A DNA stretch of 29,904 nucleotides, taken from assembly GCF_004010195.1 (NCBI RefSeq), contig NC_057718.1:17800028-17829931 (forward strand), read 5' to 3'. Source of the DNA: Chiloscyllium plagiosum. Taxonomy: Eukaryota. A model generated the notes under the pieces. That model saw only the letters and a program-made list of their open reading frames with translations. It was not told the origin of the DNA and did not search any database. Position 1 is the first letter of the stretch. Each line of letters starts with the position of its first letter. Made by a program: the position numbers and the translations under genes. Below are positions 1-11,759 of this stretch, in pieces.

Positions 1-122
1 TACACCAGCCCACGTATTAAAATTAACTCCAAAGGCTCCCTGTGCTATGACGTGGATATTACTGCAGTGTGTCTCTTGTAGCCTATAGAAACAGTACAGA
101 AAAGGCAGCATTTGACCAAATA

Positions 123-281
123 CAGAGGAACCTCGATTATTCAGCATTCAATTATCCAAATATCGGATTATCCAGCAAGATCGCAAGGTCCCAATGCTCG
201 GCTGAACTATGTTATCTGGAATTCGATTAACCGAAGAAAATACTCCCCACCCGTGTCCTTGGGATAATCGAGGTTTTTCTG
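123..281. mobile_element. 159-bp MITE, Tc1/mariner-pogo (Tigger-like) non-autonomous DNA transposon
   Basis: 18-bp terminal inverted repeats: CAGAGGAACCTCGATTAT (123-140) vs reverse complement of 264-281 (CAGAAAAACCTCGATTAT), 16/18 match. TA on both sides (121-122, 282-283). Internal reiterations of a GATTATCC-like motif. Confidence 0.85.
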
Positions 282-1685
282 TACTATCTCAGGCTTAAAG
301 CTTTGACCACCACTGTCATGAGAAATAGTGTGGACCATCGGGCAATGATTCAAATGTTCAGATGGAATAAATTCAACCATCCACCCATCGACTCCCAGTC
401 ACTGCTTTTCCCCAATACCATTGCCCACGAATGCCACAGGCTTTGGTGACATTTGCACAGAAATGTACATGTGAGGTGAAAAATGCCAGTCAGCGGGGTG
501 CTGTGTGTTTGCACATGCACCAACACCCATCCAAGTCATTGGCAAAGGGGGAGGGTGGGGGGGAGGGCAGGATGTACTCAAGAAGTCTCTGCACTGTCTT
601 GGAGTGAGTCCAGGATTTTGGCTATTCTGCCTAGCTGGGTTTGATCACTCATTTGAATGCACTGTTGAGCTGCTGGCAGCTCTGGAAAGCAAGCAACCAT
701 TTTAGATGACAAAGTTCGCAATTTCGCAGAAATCAATGATTCTAATGGATTTGGCCTGTTGAATATTCTCTCGTTAGGCTCCCTGCTACTGTTTGTCGCA
801 CTGTGAAAGCTGCTGGCTATTGCTGCCTCTCTGCTGTATATGCAGTCTTCTTGCTATCTTTGCTCCCGACCCCTCCATTCCATCCACCTCACCCCTATCC
901 TCTGCTGGCTCTAGTACCTCTGGCTGCCAAAGATGTGCATAGCAGGGAGAGGGGTTAACTCCAGAATGGGGGTGACCAAATCCTGCATTAACTTTAATGT
1001 ATACAGGAAGGGAACCGATCTGATGTCAGGGGCTGATCTAGTATTTTGGCAGCTCATTTACATGAGATGGAGTGTCTTACCATAAAGGGGGAGAGCGACT
1101 ATCAGCAAATTTTTAAAAATCACAAATGGAACAACCTGCGGCTTTAACATCACACTGCTTCCCTCCTTTCTCATCTATTCTTGTCACTTGGGTGAATAAT
1201 TGGATGAGTCCAGGGTAAGTGTTGAGGAGAACTGGCTGGGAGTTGCGGAGTCTGACAGTGTGATGAAGCTGAATTAGCATCAGCAGTGAAACAGTCATTA
1301 ATCCAGACTGCCTCCACAATCATGTTCTTGTGACTGTGCATGTTAATCCATCTGCCCTAGCCTTTGTGATGTCATTAGCACTCCCGCTTTAAATAAAACA
1401 AAAAAAAATGGTTTCAATGCAACTCCTTGCCGTCAAATATTAAATTAGTCATGATTGTGTTAGGCATTCTCCTTTCTGCAGTTTAAATTCTCCCAAACAG
1501 CTCTCATTTGATCTTCTGATGAAGAAGGGAAACTGCAGTTAGCCTGAGGTATTCATGCTTGGATGATGGTGTGGTGGGATTCCACTATGGACAAACCCAG
1601 TCAGGAAAGTTTCCAAACTCTGCCCCGCTCTCAGTGGGAGGAGGGCACAGCTCCTTGATGGGCAGTAGGGAAAGAAAATACTCTC

Positions 1686-2050
1686 AACAACAACTTGCCT
1701 TTATATAGCACCTTTAGCACAATTTATTTTTGAAAAAGCCCATGCACTGACAAACAGAATTTGACACCATGCCACTGTTCTGACAAATATTCACACCCGA
1801 CTCCAAAACGTTAACGCCGTCTCTCTCTGCACGCGTGCTGCTAGACCTGCAGAGTTTTTCCAGCATCCTTTGCTCTTGTTTCAGATTTTCAGCATCTGCA
1901 ATAATTTGCTTTTAAAGAGCTGGCAGGCAGTGGAAAGGTTGGCCGAAGGCGCAGATCTTAAAGGAGGAAAAGTGAAGTGGACAGCGGAGAGGTTTAGGGA
2001 ATGAATTCCAGAAAGTACAGCCAGAAGGCTAGTGGTGGAACGACTAATGT
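1686..2050 (-). mobile_element. Degenerate 3' end of an L2-clade LINE, interrupted by a Penelope-derived insertion (1777-1913)
   Basis: The minus strand ends in AAAGGTGCTATATAAAGGCAAGTTGTTGTT, an L2-type tail. The segment TCTTAAAGGAGG...GCGGAGAGGTTTAGGGAATGAATTCCAG resembles recalled shark L2 3' sequence. Confidence 0.55.
1777..1913 (+). mobile_element. Short Penelope-like (pLTR-derived) element with decayed hammerhead core
   Basis: GTT-CTGACAA...CAAAACGTT-AAC followed by TGCTGCTAGACCTGCAGAGTTTTTCCAGCA...TTTCAGCATCTGCA. Homologous to the copies at 4156-4259, 21569-21679 and 24785-24886 in this window. Confidence 0.65.
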
Positions 2051-2973
2051 TGGGGATGCACCAGATCTACTCTCAAAATGGCTATGTTCGTCCTCCAAAC
2101 TAAAGAGAGAGTGACATGGGGCAAGGGCAGAGGGCAGGCGAATAAGAAAATCATGTGAAATGTGGAGTGTCTTAGCAGGAATGAGGCAAGCAGACTGCAG
2201 TGTTGTGCAGATGACAGGCACAATCAGTAGGCCTGTGGAAACACTGACCTTCTCTGCCGGCTGCACTACTGTTCAGAAGACCCTGGAGAACAAGGAGTGG
2301 TTTCTAACCACAGCTGGAATTGACAAGGTGTTGTTTCCGTCTTACAACTTCCTTAAAGAACAACAAATTATTCAACAGCACCAGGCTCAGTGCAGAGAGC
2401 AGCAACATGTTGGTCTTGGCACTCTCTCCTATTCTTTGTCCAGGCAAAGAAGCCTACAAATAGCATGGCTAGCCGCATTGGTACAAATATTCATTGCTGT
2501 TATCCTGCCAAAGATTATAAAGACACAAAAGCAGAGCAGTGGAATGCAAAACATTTCCTCTGTAATGTCCTCTAGATGAGAAGGTCAAAAGACCAGAGGA
2601 GAACAGCTCCAAATTACCAACTCCTCCTCACATACTTTTCTGGTCTTGCCGAGGCCCACACAGAGACCATTAAAATAACATTTGTCTTTTACAGCACACG
2701 CATTTAGCACTCGCTCTGCCTGTTGTAACTCATTCATTACAAATGTTTAAAACTGTGTCCAAGCTTGGAGGATTTCCTTAAACTAAATGTTAAATAGTAT
2801 TCATTTGGAAGAGCAGTCACCCAACAAACAGGTCCAAATAACGAAATGTATCACCAACACGAGAATTTGCTGATCATTGGGAATGCATTAGGGGTTACTA
2901 TACAATCGTAATGCTTAGTATACTGTATTAACTACTCAACACTTATACACACAATCTAAAAGGATTCTCTTTT

Positions 2974-3257
2974 GTAGTATGAGTTTGCACATTCTCCCGG
3001 TGTGTGTGTGGATTTTCTCCGGGTGCTCTGGTTTCTTCTCACAGTCCGAAGGTGTGCAAGTTAGGTGGATTGGTCATGCTAAATTGCCCATAGTGTCCAA
3101 TGAAGTGCAGGTGAGGTGGATTAGCCATGGGAAATGCTGGGTTCCTGGGATAGGGTAGAGGGGTGGATCTGGGTGGGACGCTCTTTGGACGTTTGGTGCG
3201 GACTTGATGGGCTGAATGGCCTGCTTTAACACTATAGGGATTCTGTGATTCTGTGAA
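2974..3257 (+). mobile_element. 5'-truncated V-SINE (HE1-like elasmobranch SINE)
   Basis: V-domain core GAGTTTGCACATTCTCCC...TCCGGGTGCTCTGGTTTCTTCTCACAGTCC, CR1-derived tail GATGGGCTGAATGGCCT, and terminal (GATTCTGT)n repeat. Homologous to 24961-25272. Confidence 0.85.
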
Positions 3258-3719
3258 TTCATGAGACACGCTTGTATAATTACATCATAATACCCCAGTG
3301 CCCAGCCCTGCCACCGGATACTAGCACATCACCTCAACATTTAAGTCTTCTGCCTGCAGTTCCTCTGATAAAATATTCTAGTTTTCTCCCTTGCAGTTGA
3401 TGAGAAGGAATGTGCTATCACATTAACATCATGAATTAATTTTCAGGGTACATCAGCTCTTGGGACCTCATTTCATTGAGCTGGCACAGATACCAATCAT
3501 CTGATTTTCAATCTTTGGTCTAATTAGCTGTGCAGATACCTCAGGACGTGGCTAATGGGGGTGACATGGTGCTGTTTCACCTCTGCCTCTGATTTTAAAA
3601 TAAAAACAGCGAAGAGATTTTATGTTGCTGCCCTGTCCAGGTTGACAATGCAATAAATGTTGCTTTCAGAATCCAGAATTAGCTTCCCAAGCGGGCTCTC
3701 ATGGCTTTGATATTTTGAG

Positions 3720-3896
3720 GAGAAAGTGAGGACTGCAGATACTGGAGATCAGAGCTGAAAATGTGTTGCTGGAAAAGCGCAGCAGGTCAGGCAGTATCCA
3801 AGGAACAGGAGAATCGAAGTTTCGGGCTGAAGAAGGGCTTATGCCCGAAACGTCGATTCTCCTGTTCCTTGGATGCTGCCTGACCTACTGCGCTTT
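3720..3896. mobile_element. Penelope-derived inverted-repeat (hairpin) element with 16-bp target-site duplication
   Basis: Arms 3774-3827 and 3843-3896 are reverse complements (51/54) around a 15-nt loop. Perfect direct repeat GCTTTGATATTTTGAG at 3704-3719 and 3892-3907. Confidence 0.85.
3827..3854 (+). ncRNA. Minimal hammerhead ribozyme core motif (Penelope-type)
   Basis: CUGAAGA-A-GGGC(UUAU)GCCC-GAAA-CG-UC: both conserved core boxes, a 4-bp helix II, a palindromic ACGU in place of helix III and a GUC triplet. The 5' strand of helix I is cut by the inversion junction, so activity is not established. Confidence 0.6.
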
Positions 3897-4155
3897 GATA
3901 TTTTGAGCCTTGCACCTCTGCCAGAATGAAAGTGAAGGTGGACAGTAAAAGAAAAAGTGAGCTCTGAACGTCCACCTAATGCTTTTCCATCTTATGCCGA
4001 TCCCAGCTTCTCGCCCAACAAGATCTAGGACCATTTCCAGTTGGCTACACAAAGGTATCCACTGGTTTAAGAAAAGGTTGTGTGGTGGAGAGAGGGTAAA
4101 ATTGCTAATCTCTCTTACTTTCGGTAAACACTTGTGGGTGAACACTTACATCTGA

Positions 4156-4259
4156 CTTCTTAAGAAGGGTCACTGGACCTGAAACATTAACTCTTGATTT
4201 CTCTCTACAGATGCTGCCAGACTTGCTAAGCATTCCCATTAATTTCTGTTTTTGTTTCC
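4156..4259 (+). mobile_element. Short Penelope-like element (second subfamily) with mutated hammerhead core
   Basis: CTTAAGA-A-GGGTC(ACTG)GACCT-GAAA-CATT-AACTC, then ACAGATGCTGCCAGACTTGCT. Possible degenerate TSD TACATCTGA (4147-4155) / TACATCGGA (4260-4268). Confidence 0.7.
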
Positions 4260-6035
4260 TACATCGGATGCGTGTGCAAGTGACTTTGTAAACTACAGAA
4301 AGGATTTTAATCCATTAAGGTGATTGTAGCTGCTAGATCATGCCAGTTAAATAATTTGTACTGAGAAATGACTGTCCTCACAGGCACTACCTAAATAAAC
4401 AATTCTACTCGTACAGGTATGAATCTGCAAACTATGTGGCACCACATATCCCATTTCCCCTTTAATCTGCCTGCATTTAGAACTCATGGAAATCGGGTCA
4501 TCCATAGTGACTCAAGAGAGTTCAGCGACCCAACTAATAAAACAAACCCCAGCCTTATTTCTGTTGCATTGTCTGCTGCATTCCATAGATATGTGACTAA
4601 ATCAAAGGGAAAATATTTACACCCAGACTTAAATAATAAAGCTACCAGTGTCCCAATGTGCCAATATCATTAAGCCTAATCAAAGGTGGCACGCGTGGAA
4701 AAGTGAATTCTGGGTTCAACCACATATTAAGGGGCAGCTTCAATATTGAATGGAAAGATTCTTATCAAATGAAAAGTTGTTGCGAGCAGTCCAAAGTTAA
4801 CAAAGTGTTTGCTGGCACCAATGATTAGTAACAATTGCTGACTGCTCATGACAATATTATGTTGACTGTAAAAAATTTACATTAATATCTTGATTTGTTT
4901 TATTGTACTGTACTCATTTTTTGTTCTAATTATTAGGTGTTTGTATATCTTGTCAAAAATATTTTTAAGAGAGATGTTTGGTGCCTGGCACAGATCTGAC
5001 AGGTGTCTTTGTGTGGTCTAAAAGCAGATTCATCTACAGTAGGGAGCACTGTATCCCTGTTCGATACTGCTCTCACCAAACATCCACATCTGCCCTTTTC
5101 AGCAGCTAAACAAAGTACTGACCAGACAGACACATCCCATCCTTTCCACTGGGTCTGAGGGTGGGGGAATACAATTAGGACAGGTAATCACCCTCTGATC
5201 TGTCTTAAACTCTTGCAACACCTTGTGTGCCAAAATATAGTCATTCCCCAACCTCAAAAACATACAATCAGCTGGGAGAGAGAGAAAAAAAGTCAAAAGT
5301 CCAGGCAAAACTGGGAGGAAAAAGTCCAGGCAGCCAATCTCTGCTTCCTCATTCAGCCAAGCAGTTGGAGGAGACCATCCCTCGGCCCAGCTTCCAATCA
5401 AAGGGCCGCATCTGTTTTCGAGTGCAGGGTATTTGACAGAATGCAGTTAAAACTGCAATTACCAAGCATTCTCCAGTCATGTTGCCTTCAGTTGTTTCAC
5501 ACAGATGTCTCGCTGACTTCCAACCAGCCCTTCAGAGAATTAGATTACTTGTCTGCTTGCATCCATGACTTTGCCACAGTTATTACACTATCGCCTGCAA
5601 GTATTTAATTCTGCTCTACACCCATCAGCAATGTGTTTTACCATCAGCAGCAATAAACCGGTGAAGGCTCATGCTGCATATCCTCAGCAGACAAACACAC
5701 ACTAACTTGTAAATGTGAATGGCTCTGTACAATGGGGCGTCTCTGGTATTTACGAATAATAATTAATTAAAGACCTCGACAGTTGAGATGCCTGCAGCCA
5801 AAAAGCCCCTCATAACAGGGAAATGTGTCTTTCGCTGCCATTTCAAACACATCTATCTCTTGGACTGATTCACATCGCACTGTGCCAAGTTTGTCTTGCA
5901 GAATACTGTTCTGCCAAGTAACAAAAATGCAATCCAACACAAGCTTTCAAACTATTTAACAGGGAACACTATTTGCTGGGCTTGATTTGTTCAACTGTTG
6001 GGAGAAGTCTGGAACTGATACAGAAAGTGTGAAAG

Positions 6036-6410
6036 AGGAAACTGGGTGGTGCAGCGTGTTTCTGAGTGCACTATTCTTTCATCTAGGAACCCGGGCTTAA
6101 ATCCAGGCCATGGGCTGCAGCATGAACAATTCCGTTTCTCTCCCAGCTGCAGTAAGGTCTGACAGTAAAATGAGCCTTGGAAAGTCTGGACTGGGTTATC
6201 AGAAGCACAATGCAGACCGACACTCTGGTGTAAGGCTGCCTGTATAGCTAAACTAATTCAAACTCCTGCCCACAGGAACTGATAGATCCCATCCAAGTGT
6301 CAGGGGAGTAACCAATGTGAAAAATGGGGGCAGTATACCAGAGTTTATGTGCATTGCAAGTAATGTTTTGGAGGGACAGAGTAGTGTGAGCGTTCTTTTA
6401 ACTGTATGAC
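6036..6410 (+). mobile_element. Old tRNA-derived SINE, LF-SINE-like
   Basis: Head GGAAACTGGGTGGTGCAG...CTTTCATCTAGGAACCCGGGCTTAAATCCAGGCCATGGGCTGC and internal GTAAAATGAG resemble the recalled LF-SINE 5' half. A second copy of the head lies on the minus strand at 26765-26840. Confidence 0.45.
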
Positions 6411-6950
6411 AATTACTGCTTCTCATTCAGGGCATTCAAACCTTTCATTGCACTCTCAACATGGAACCATAAACACAAACATTCCTCACCTTGCTCAGTA
6501 AGGAATTCAGTCCAAAGATGATAATATTGCTTACTGTATGTGCGGGAGGTTGGTGGGTGGGAGGTACGGGTGGTGAAGGGATAATCAATAAGAAACACCA
6601 TCTAACTTGCTGCAAATTCCTCAGGTTGCCCTCTCTCCCAATTTGTTTTTTTGGCACAAGCAGGAGAAGCCTTTTCAAACATTGCTTTATCACTGGTGAA
6701 ATAATGAGTGTGCTATGTAGCTATCTGCCAGCACCTGCACACAGTCAGGAGAACAAACCCAAACAAAAAGTTGCCAAATATTTGTTTTCAGCAGACCAAG
6801 ACCAAAACAACAGGTCCCTCTGTGCAGTGACTGTATAAGGAGGTTGGCTGAGGTTTACCAGCTTTCGTACCTGCCTCAGAAACGGTCGCAATTAATCTGC
6901 ACCCAGGCAATCAACAAGCATATCCCATTTGACTCAGAGAGAGGGGAAAA

Positions 6951-7235
6951 ACAACAACAAACACACACACACAGACGGCTCCACACTAACACAGGCACCT
7001 CCACACAGACACACAGCTCCATACTAACACAGGCACCTCCACACACACACACTAACACACATGCACACCAACACACACGCACACACTAACACACACGCAC
7101 ACATTAACACAGGCACCTCCATACGCATACACACACTAACACAGGCACCTCCACATACACACACCAACACACACAGTAACACACACTCACACTAACACAG
7201 GCACCTCCACTTTAACACATAGACACTCACATACC
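6951..7235. repeat. CA-rich compound minisatellite
   Basis: Five copies of ACTAACACAGGCACCTCCA (starts near 6985, 7023, 7103, 7135, 7191) separated by variable (CA)n. Confidence 0.9.
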
Positions 7236-8880
7236 CACAAGACCATCCAGGAGAGGAATAGGAGTAGGCCATTCAGCCCCTTGATTCAGCTCTGCTATTC
7301 AATAGGATCATGGCTGATCCAACATTCCTCACATTCACTTTCCTCCCCTTTCCCATAACCCTTGATTCCCCGACTGATCAAGTATCTATCTAGCTCTGCC
7401 TTAAATATACACAAAGACTCTGTCTCCACAGCTCACGGTGAGAAGAAGTTCCAAAGGCTCCTAACCTTGTGACAAAAGATCCTCTCATCTCAGTCTTAGA
7501 TTGGCCCTCCTTTATTCTGAGGCTATGCCCTCTAGTCTTAGGTTCTCCCATGAGGGGAAACATCCTCTCAGCATTTACCCTGACAAACCCCTTTAAAATC
7601 CCATATGTTTCAATGAGATCATCTTTCATTATTCTAAACTCCAGTAAAGTCCCGACCTGTTTAGCCTTTGCTCATAAGACAATCCTTCCATGTCGGGGGT
7701 CATCCTAGTTAAACATCTCTGAACAGCCTCCATTGAAATGATATCTCTCCGTAAATAAGAGGACCACAGATATGGTTTCACCAGCTCCTTGTTCAGTTGC
7801 AGTCAGACTTTCCTACTTTTATAGTCCAACTCTCTTGAAATAAAGGCCAACATTCCAGTAGCCTTCCTTTATTTTAGCTTTCTGTGTTTCGTGCACAAGT
7901 ACTCTTAAGTCCCTTTGTATTTCTACTTTCTGTAGTTGTTCCTCGTCATTTAAATAATACTGTTTGTTTGATCTCCCTTCCACAATTCACATTTTCTTAC
8001 ACCATACTCGATTTAACAACCTTCTGCCTATTTACTTAACCTACCAATATCTCTGTTTGTATCCCTCTCGCAAACTGCCTTTCCACATATTTTTGTGTTG
8101 TCTGAAAATTTGCCTACAGTATATTCACTTCTTTCCTCCAAGTCATTAATGTTTATTGTAAACAGTTGCAGTGCCATCACTGCTTCCTATGGAATCCCAT
8201 TGGTCATGGGTTGCCAACCTGAAAAAAGCCCCCCTTGGTTTCTTGCCCATTAACCAATTTTCTATCCATGCCAATATACTACCTCCAACACCATGGGCTT
8301 TTAACCTTTCATGAGGGACCTTGTAGAGCACCTTCTGGAAGTCTCCATCTTTGAGGTCCTTTTCAACTTACTGCCTAACTCCTATCTTCAGCTTTTAGGG
8401 CCTCATCCCTTTTTTCAAACCAGTGTTGTTTGCATCAATGTATACCACAACCACTGGAATATCCCCCTCCTTCTAGAATATTCTGTTAGGTGATCTGAGG
8501 CATCCTTGACCTTAGCATCAGGAAGGCAGCATACCATCCTGGAACCTTGTTTGTGGCCACAGAAACCCTTACAACTGAATCCCCGAAGACTAGTGCATTC
8601 TCACACTTTCTCCTCCTGTCCCGTGCAGTGGAGCCAGTGTCTCAACTGTATCCAAAGTGGTCTATCTTTTTCTCAGGGGAATAGCCTGCACTGCCTGCCT
8701 GGTCCACTTACATTGTCGGGTGGTCACCCATTCCCTTCCTATCTGTGGAGTCTTAACCTGAGGAGTGACCAGCCCACCATACTCAGCTCAATGATTCCCC
8801 ACAGTGTCCCTAAAAACTGCTCCAACTCCAAAACCCAGGTTTCCAGGAGTTGCAGCTGGAGACACTTCCTGCGAATGGTT
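7236..8880 (-). mobile_element. Degenerate CR1 LINE retaining ORF1 remnants and the ORF2 3' half, with a large internal deletion
   Basis: Minus-strand translations: RKCLQLQLLETWVLELEQ (ORF1 N-terminus, near 8800-8875), GFCGHKQGSRMVCCLPDAKVKDA (ORF1 esterase-like, near 8500-8570), DFQKVLYKVPHERL...WIENWL (RT, near 8250-8345) and DLIETYGILKG...KTRGHSLRI (ORF2 C-terminus). CR1 3' tail CTGAATGGCCTACTCCT near 7260-7276. Confidence 0.85.
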
Positions 8881-8944
8881 TTCCAGCTAAGCTCAAGTGT
8901 AAGCTCCGAGTTCCGAGTCATCAGAGAATTTCGAGATCATCACT

Positions 8945-9640
8945 GGATCGTGATTGGACATTGGAGGATGATCAGTTGGTGAACCTTCTCACAATGGTTT
9001 CGGCCTAACACCAATTCAGGATAAAGCCAACCAAAAGCTATAACCTTAGCAAGCACCTGCACCCAGGCCAGGTGGTGTCCAGAACACGGACAGGGTGACT
9101 GTGAAGAAGATGGAAGAAGGCACGCGGTTGTTTGGACCTTTTCCCAGAAGAGGCTGATGTATCATTGTTGAACAGCTGCCTATACATGCTCCAGGCACAC
9201 AGAGACAAACAGTACCTGTGCCTGAAGGACCATCAACTCGTTAAAGGACACACTTCAGGCTGCCCGAAACCTGTTGGTCCTCCAGAGCAAAGAGGTGACC
9301 GCGATCCAGTGTTGAAGACTGACACGTTCCAAGGTCCAAGACTATGTGCTGAGGGATGCACTAAAGTTTGTGACAGCTGCTGCCAAGGTGCAGTGGGGGA
9401 AAGACCACCGTCTAAGGTCTTTTGGCCAAAGTACAATGGGGGTCTGTTCAGTTATTGGACCTTCCCAGTGTCTCAAATATATGTAAGTAGTATTTTGCAT
9501 AAGTAAGAAATGCCTTGGGTTTGTTTGTTACAACTCCAATGTTTATTTATTCTCCATATGCAAAGGCTGTTCAAAACCAAACTGCTTTCATGACTGTGTA
9601 TGTATACAAAGATTTTTTATGAATAAAGTACATTTTTGAA
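8945..9640 (+). mobile_element. 3' end of a Tx1/L1-clade LINE (pseudogenised ORF2 C-terminus and 3' UTR)
   Basis: From 9217 reads CA*RTINSLKDTLQAARNLLVLQSKEVTAIQC*RLTRSKVQDYVLRDALKFVTAAAKVQWG/KTTV* (stop at 9413-9415). AATAAA at 9622-9627. The 5' boundary is approximate. Confidence 0.7.
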
Positions 9641-10089
9641 GTGTGTATTCATTGGTGCTGGGTGGGGCTGTTTAAACAGAGCCTTTTAAATTATGAAAGG
9701 AGTAGAGATGAATTTGTGAAAGGCTACTTCCATAGTTCAGAACAAGGGCAATAATGTAAATACAAAGTCGAGATAAGGAAGAGCTGGGTCCATAAATCTC
9801 TCCCCTGCCTTTGTTATCTCCTCCAATCCTCCCTGCTTTTTCCCCATGGTTGGGGGGGGGGGGGGTATTCTGCAGGTCAGGAAGAAAACTAGACAGCAAT
9901 GGATCAGCTATTGATTGCAATAGCAAGAAAAACTAGAAGAGGAGTGAGCAGCCTCCGTGCTCTCCTTATTTTTGCAGCCCTCCTCCCCCCCCATATTAAC
10001 CATCCCTTATAGTTATCGCTGTGTTCCCCCATCTTCTAGTTCTGACTAGCTTCATGTGGTCCTGTTTGTCCACTTTACCATCGTGTATA

Positions 10090-10290
10090 GAACCTTCCAG
10101 TCTCTTGTCCTACCCCTCCAACTGCCTCTTTCTTTCTTTGCTCCTCTTTCTTTGCTACCTAATTTCTCGCCTTCAAAAGCTCCCTTAAGACCCTCCTTGT
10201 CAACTACATGTTGAGCCATTTCCCCCCAGCTGTCTCTCCCAATTCTGATTGGCTCTGACATTCTGCAACTTTTGAGGGATTGCTCTCAAA
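10090..10290 (+). mobile_element. Highly degenerate L2-like LINE 3' fragment
   Basis: Pyrimidine-rich stretch with CCTTCAAAAGCTCCCTTAAGACCCTCCTTGTCAAC, resembling the L2 ORF2 end (FK..LKT.L). Confidence 0.35.
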
Positions 10291-11759
10291 AAGTAGCTTT
10301 TGGGAGAATGGTGAGTGTGGACCTTGAGAGGGCAGTATTTAGAAAAACACTATACGATGCAGGAAAAAAAGCAGGGAAAAAAAATGGGATTTCAACTAAC
10401 TGTAACTGTGTTGCGTGTTTTCTGTAAAGCCAACTCAACAAATCTACAGAAATAATCGGCAGATGACAATGAAAATTTAAGAAATACACCTTGTGCTTCA
10501 GATCACACAGAATTCTGTAATTTTACAGAGGCTCTCAAATAGAAGATAGGTATAAATGACAAGAATGAGTTAGAAAGAGAGAGGGGGGGGGAGAGATCTG
10601 GCCTTGAGTAGGTGGAGACCAAAGGCAGATCTCAGTCTAAATATCTCTGTAAGATGACCTCACCAATTCTCTATCTATCCACACCCACTAAGCTGTCAGT
10701 TACATTTGTGGCCACTGCTGAACATAAAAGACAATGCCAAATTTACAAATTCCAATCTGAAGTGCCTTTTTGACATTCACTGCGCACTTACCTTCAATCT
10801 GCTTTATTGCCAAAAGGCAGTTTTCCCGACTGGGAAATACAAATGGATTGTTACAGGTCCGAATAGTGTCACACTCGCACTTCCCATTGACAATGTTGCA
10901 GCCTGTTGCTAGGTTTTCATTGCAGGGCTCGATTCCAAGAAGTTGGTCGTCTTCCCAGCTCTCATCTGAAAGGAAAGTATTTTCAGAACACGGTCAGGAT
11001 CAAAATAAGCCCACAATTTGCATGTTACTGCAAACCGTGCTTGAGTATCAAACAAGTAACAATCTTGGCAACAGTATAGTCACCAATTCATTGGGAATTG
11101 TTCCCAAATGTTTATATATGACATATGTGGGGGTTCTCTCTGATTCTCAATAGCCGAGTACTTTCCATGTAATGTGGCTTCCAAAGTGTGTTTCTTAAAT
11201 CTTCTTTCCTCAAGATTTTTCAAATTTAGTCAACGCTTTAAAAGGACAATATCAGAGTGGAACTGACTCAGTAAATAAAGATACATAAAAACACCATGTG
11301 TGCCCTACAACATTTAAGTTCTGAAAGGCACAGTGTCTATAGAAGTAATTAGCAAGTTAAAGGGTCCCACAGCCACCACCTCCCCCCCCTCAATAATGAT
11401 ACCAGAAGCTATCATTTTAAATGTGTGACACAGATGTGTCAGAGTCATGAGTATCAAGTCATTCACACTTCTGCCTGGAGTTTAACTTTCAGTTTACTCA
11501 TTCGTCAGTGCACAAAGAGCATAACACGTCATGGCAGGTACAGATTCAGAAATTTAGGAATTTGACCTGGAACCTTTTTACAGGGTACTAAAAGATGTGG
11601 TAGAAATATTTAATAAAACAATGGGCCAGATTTTCCAAGGAATTTTATGAAAGAAGAAGGCTGCCCATTTCTGACAGGAGAGTCCAATCAGTGTTGCTTC
11701 AGTGTAGAACTACACATCCATTTTGAAGGTGAGATTGGGCTTGGAGGGAGGACAACTTG

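Noticed and set aside
2160..2579. 139-aa ORF (likewise 5213-5608, 10770-11153, 15600-16007, 17642-18088)
   Set aside because: No recognisable domain or exon structure. Lengths are compatible with chance in six frames.
6844..7235. Repeat-spacer pattern resembling a CRISPR array, and overlapping ORFs
   Set aside because: The spacers are just variable (CA)n, the context is eukaryotic and there are no cas genes. It is a minisatellite.
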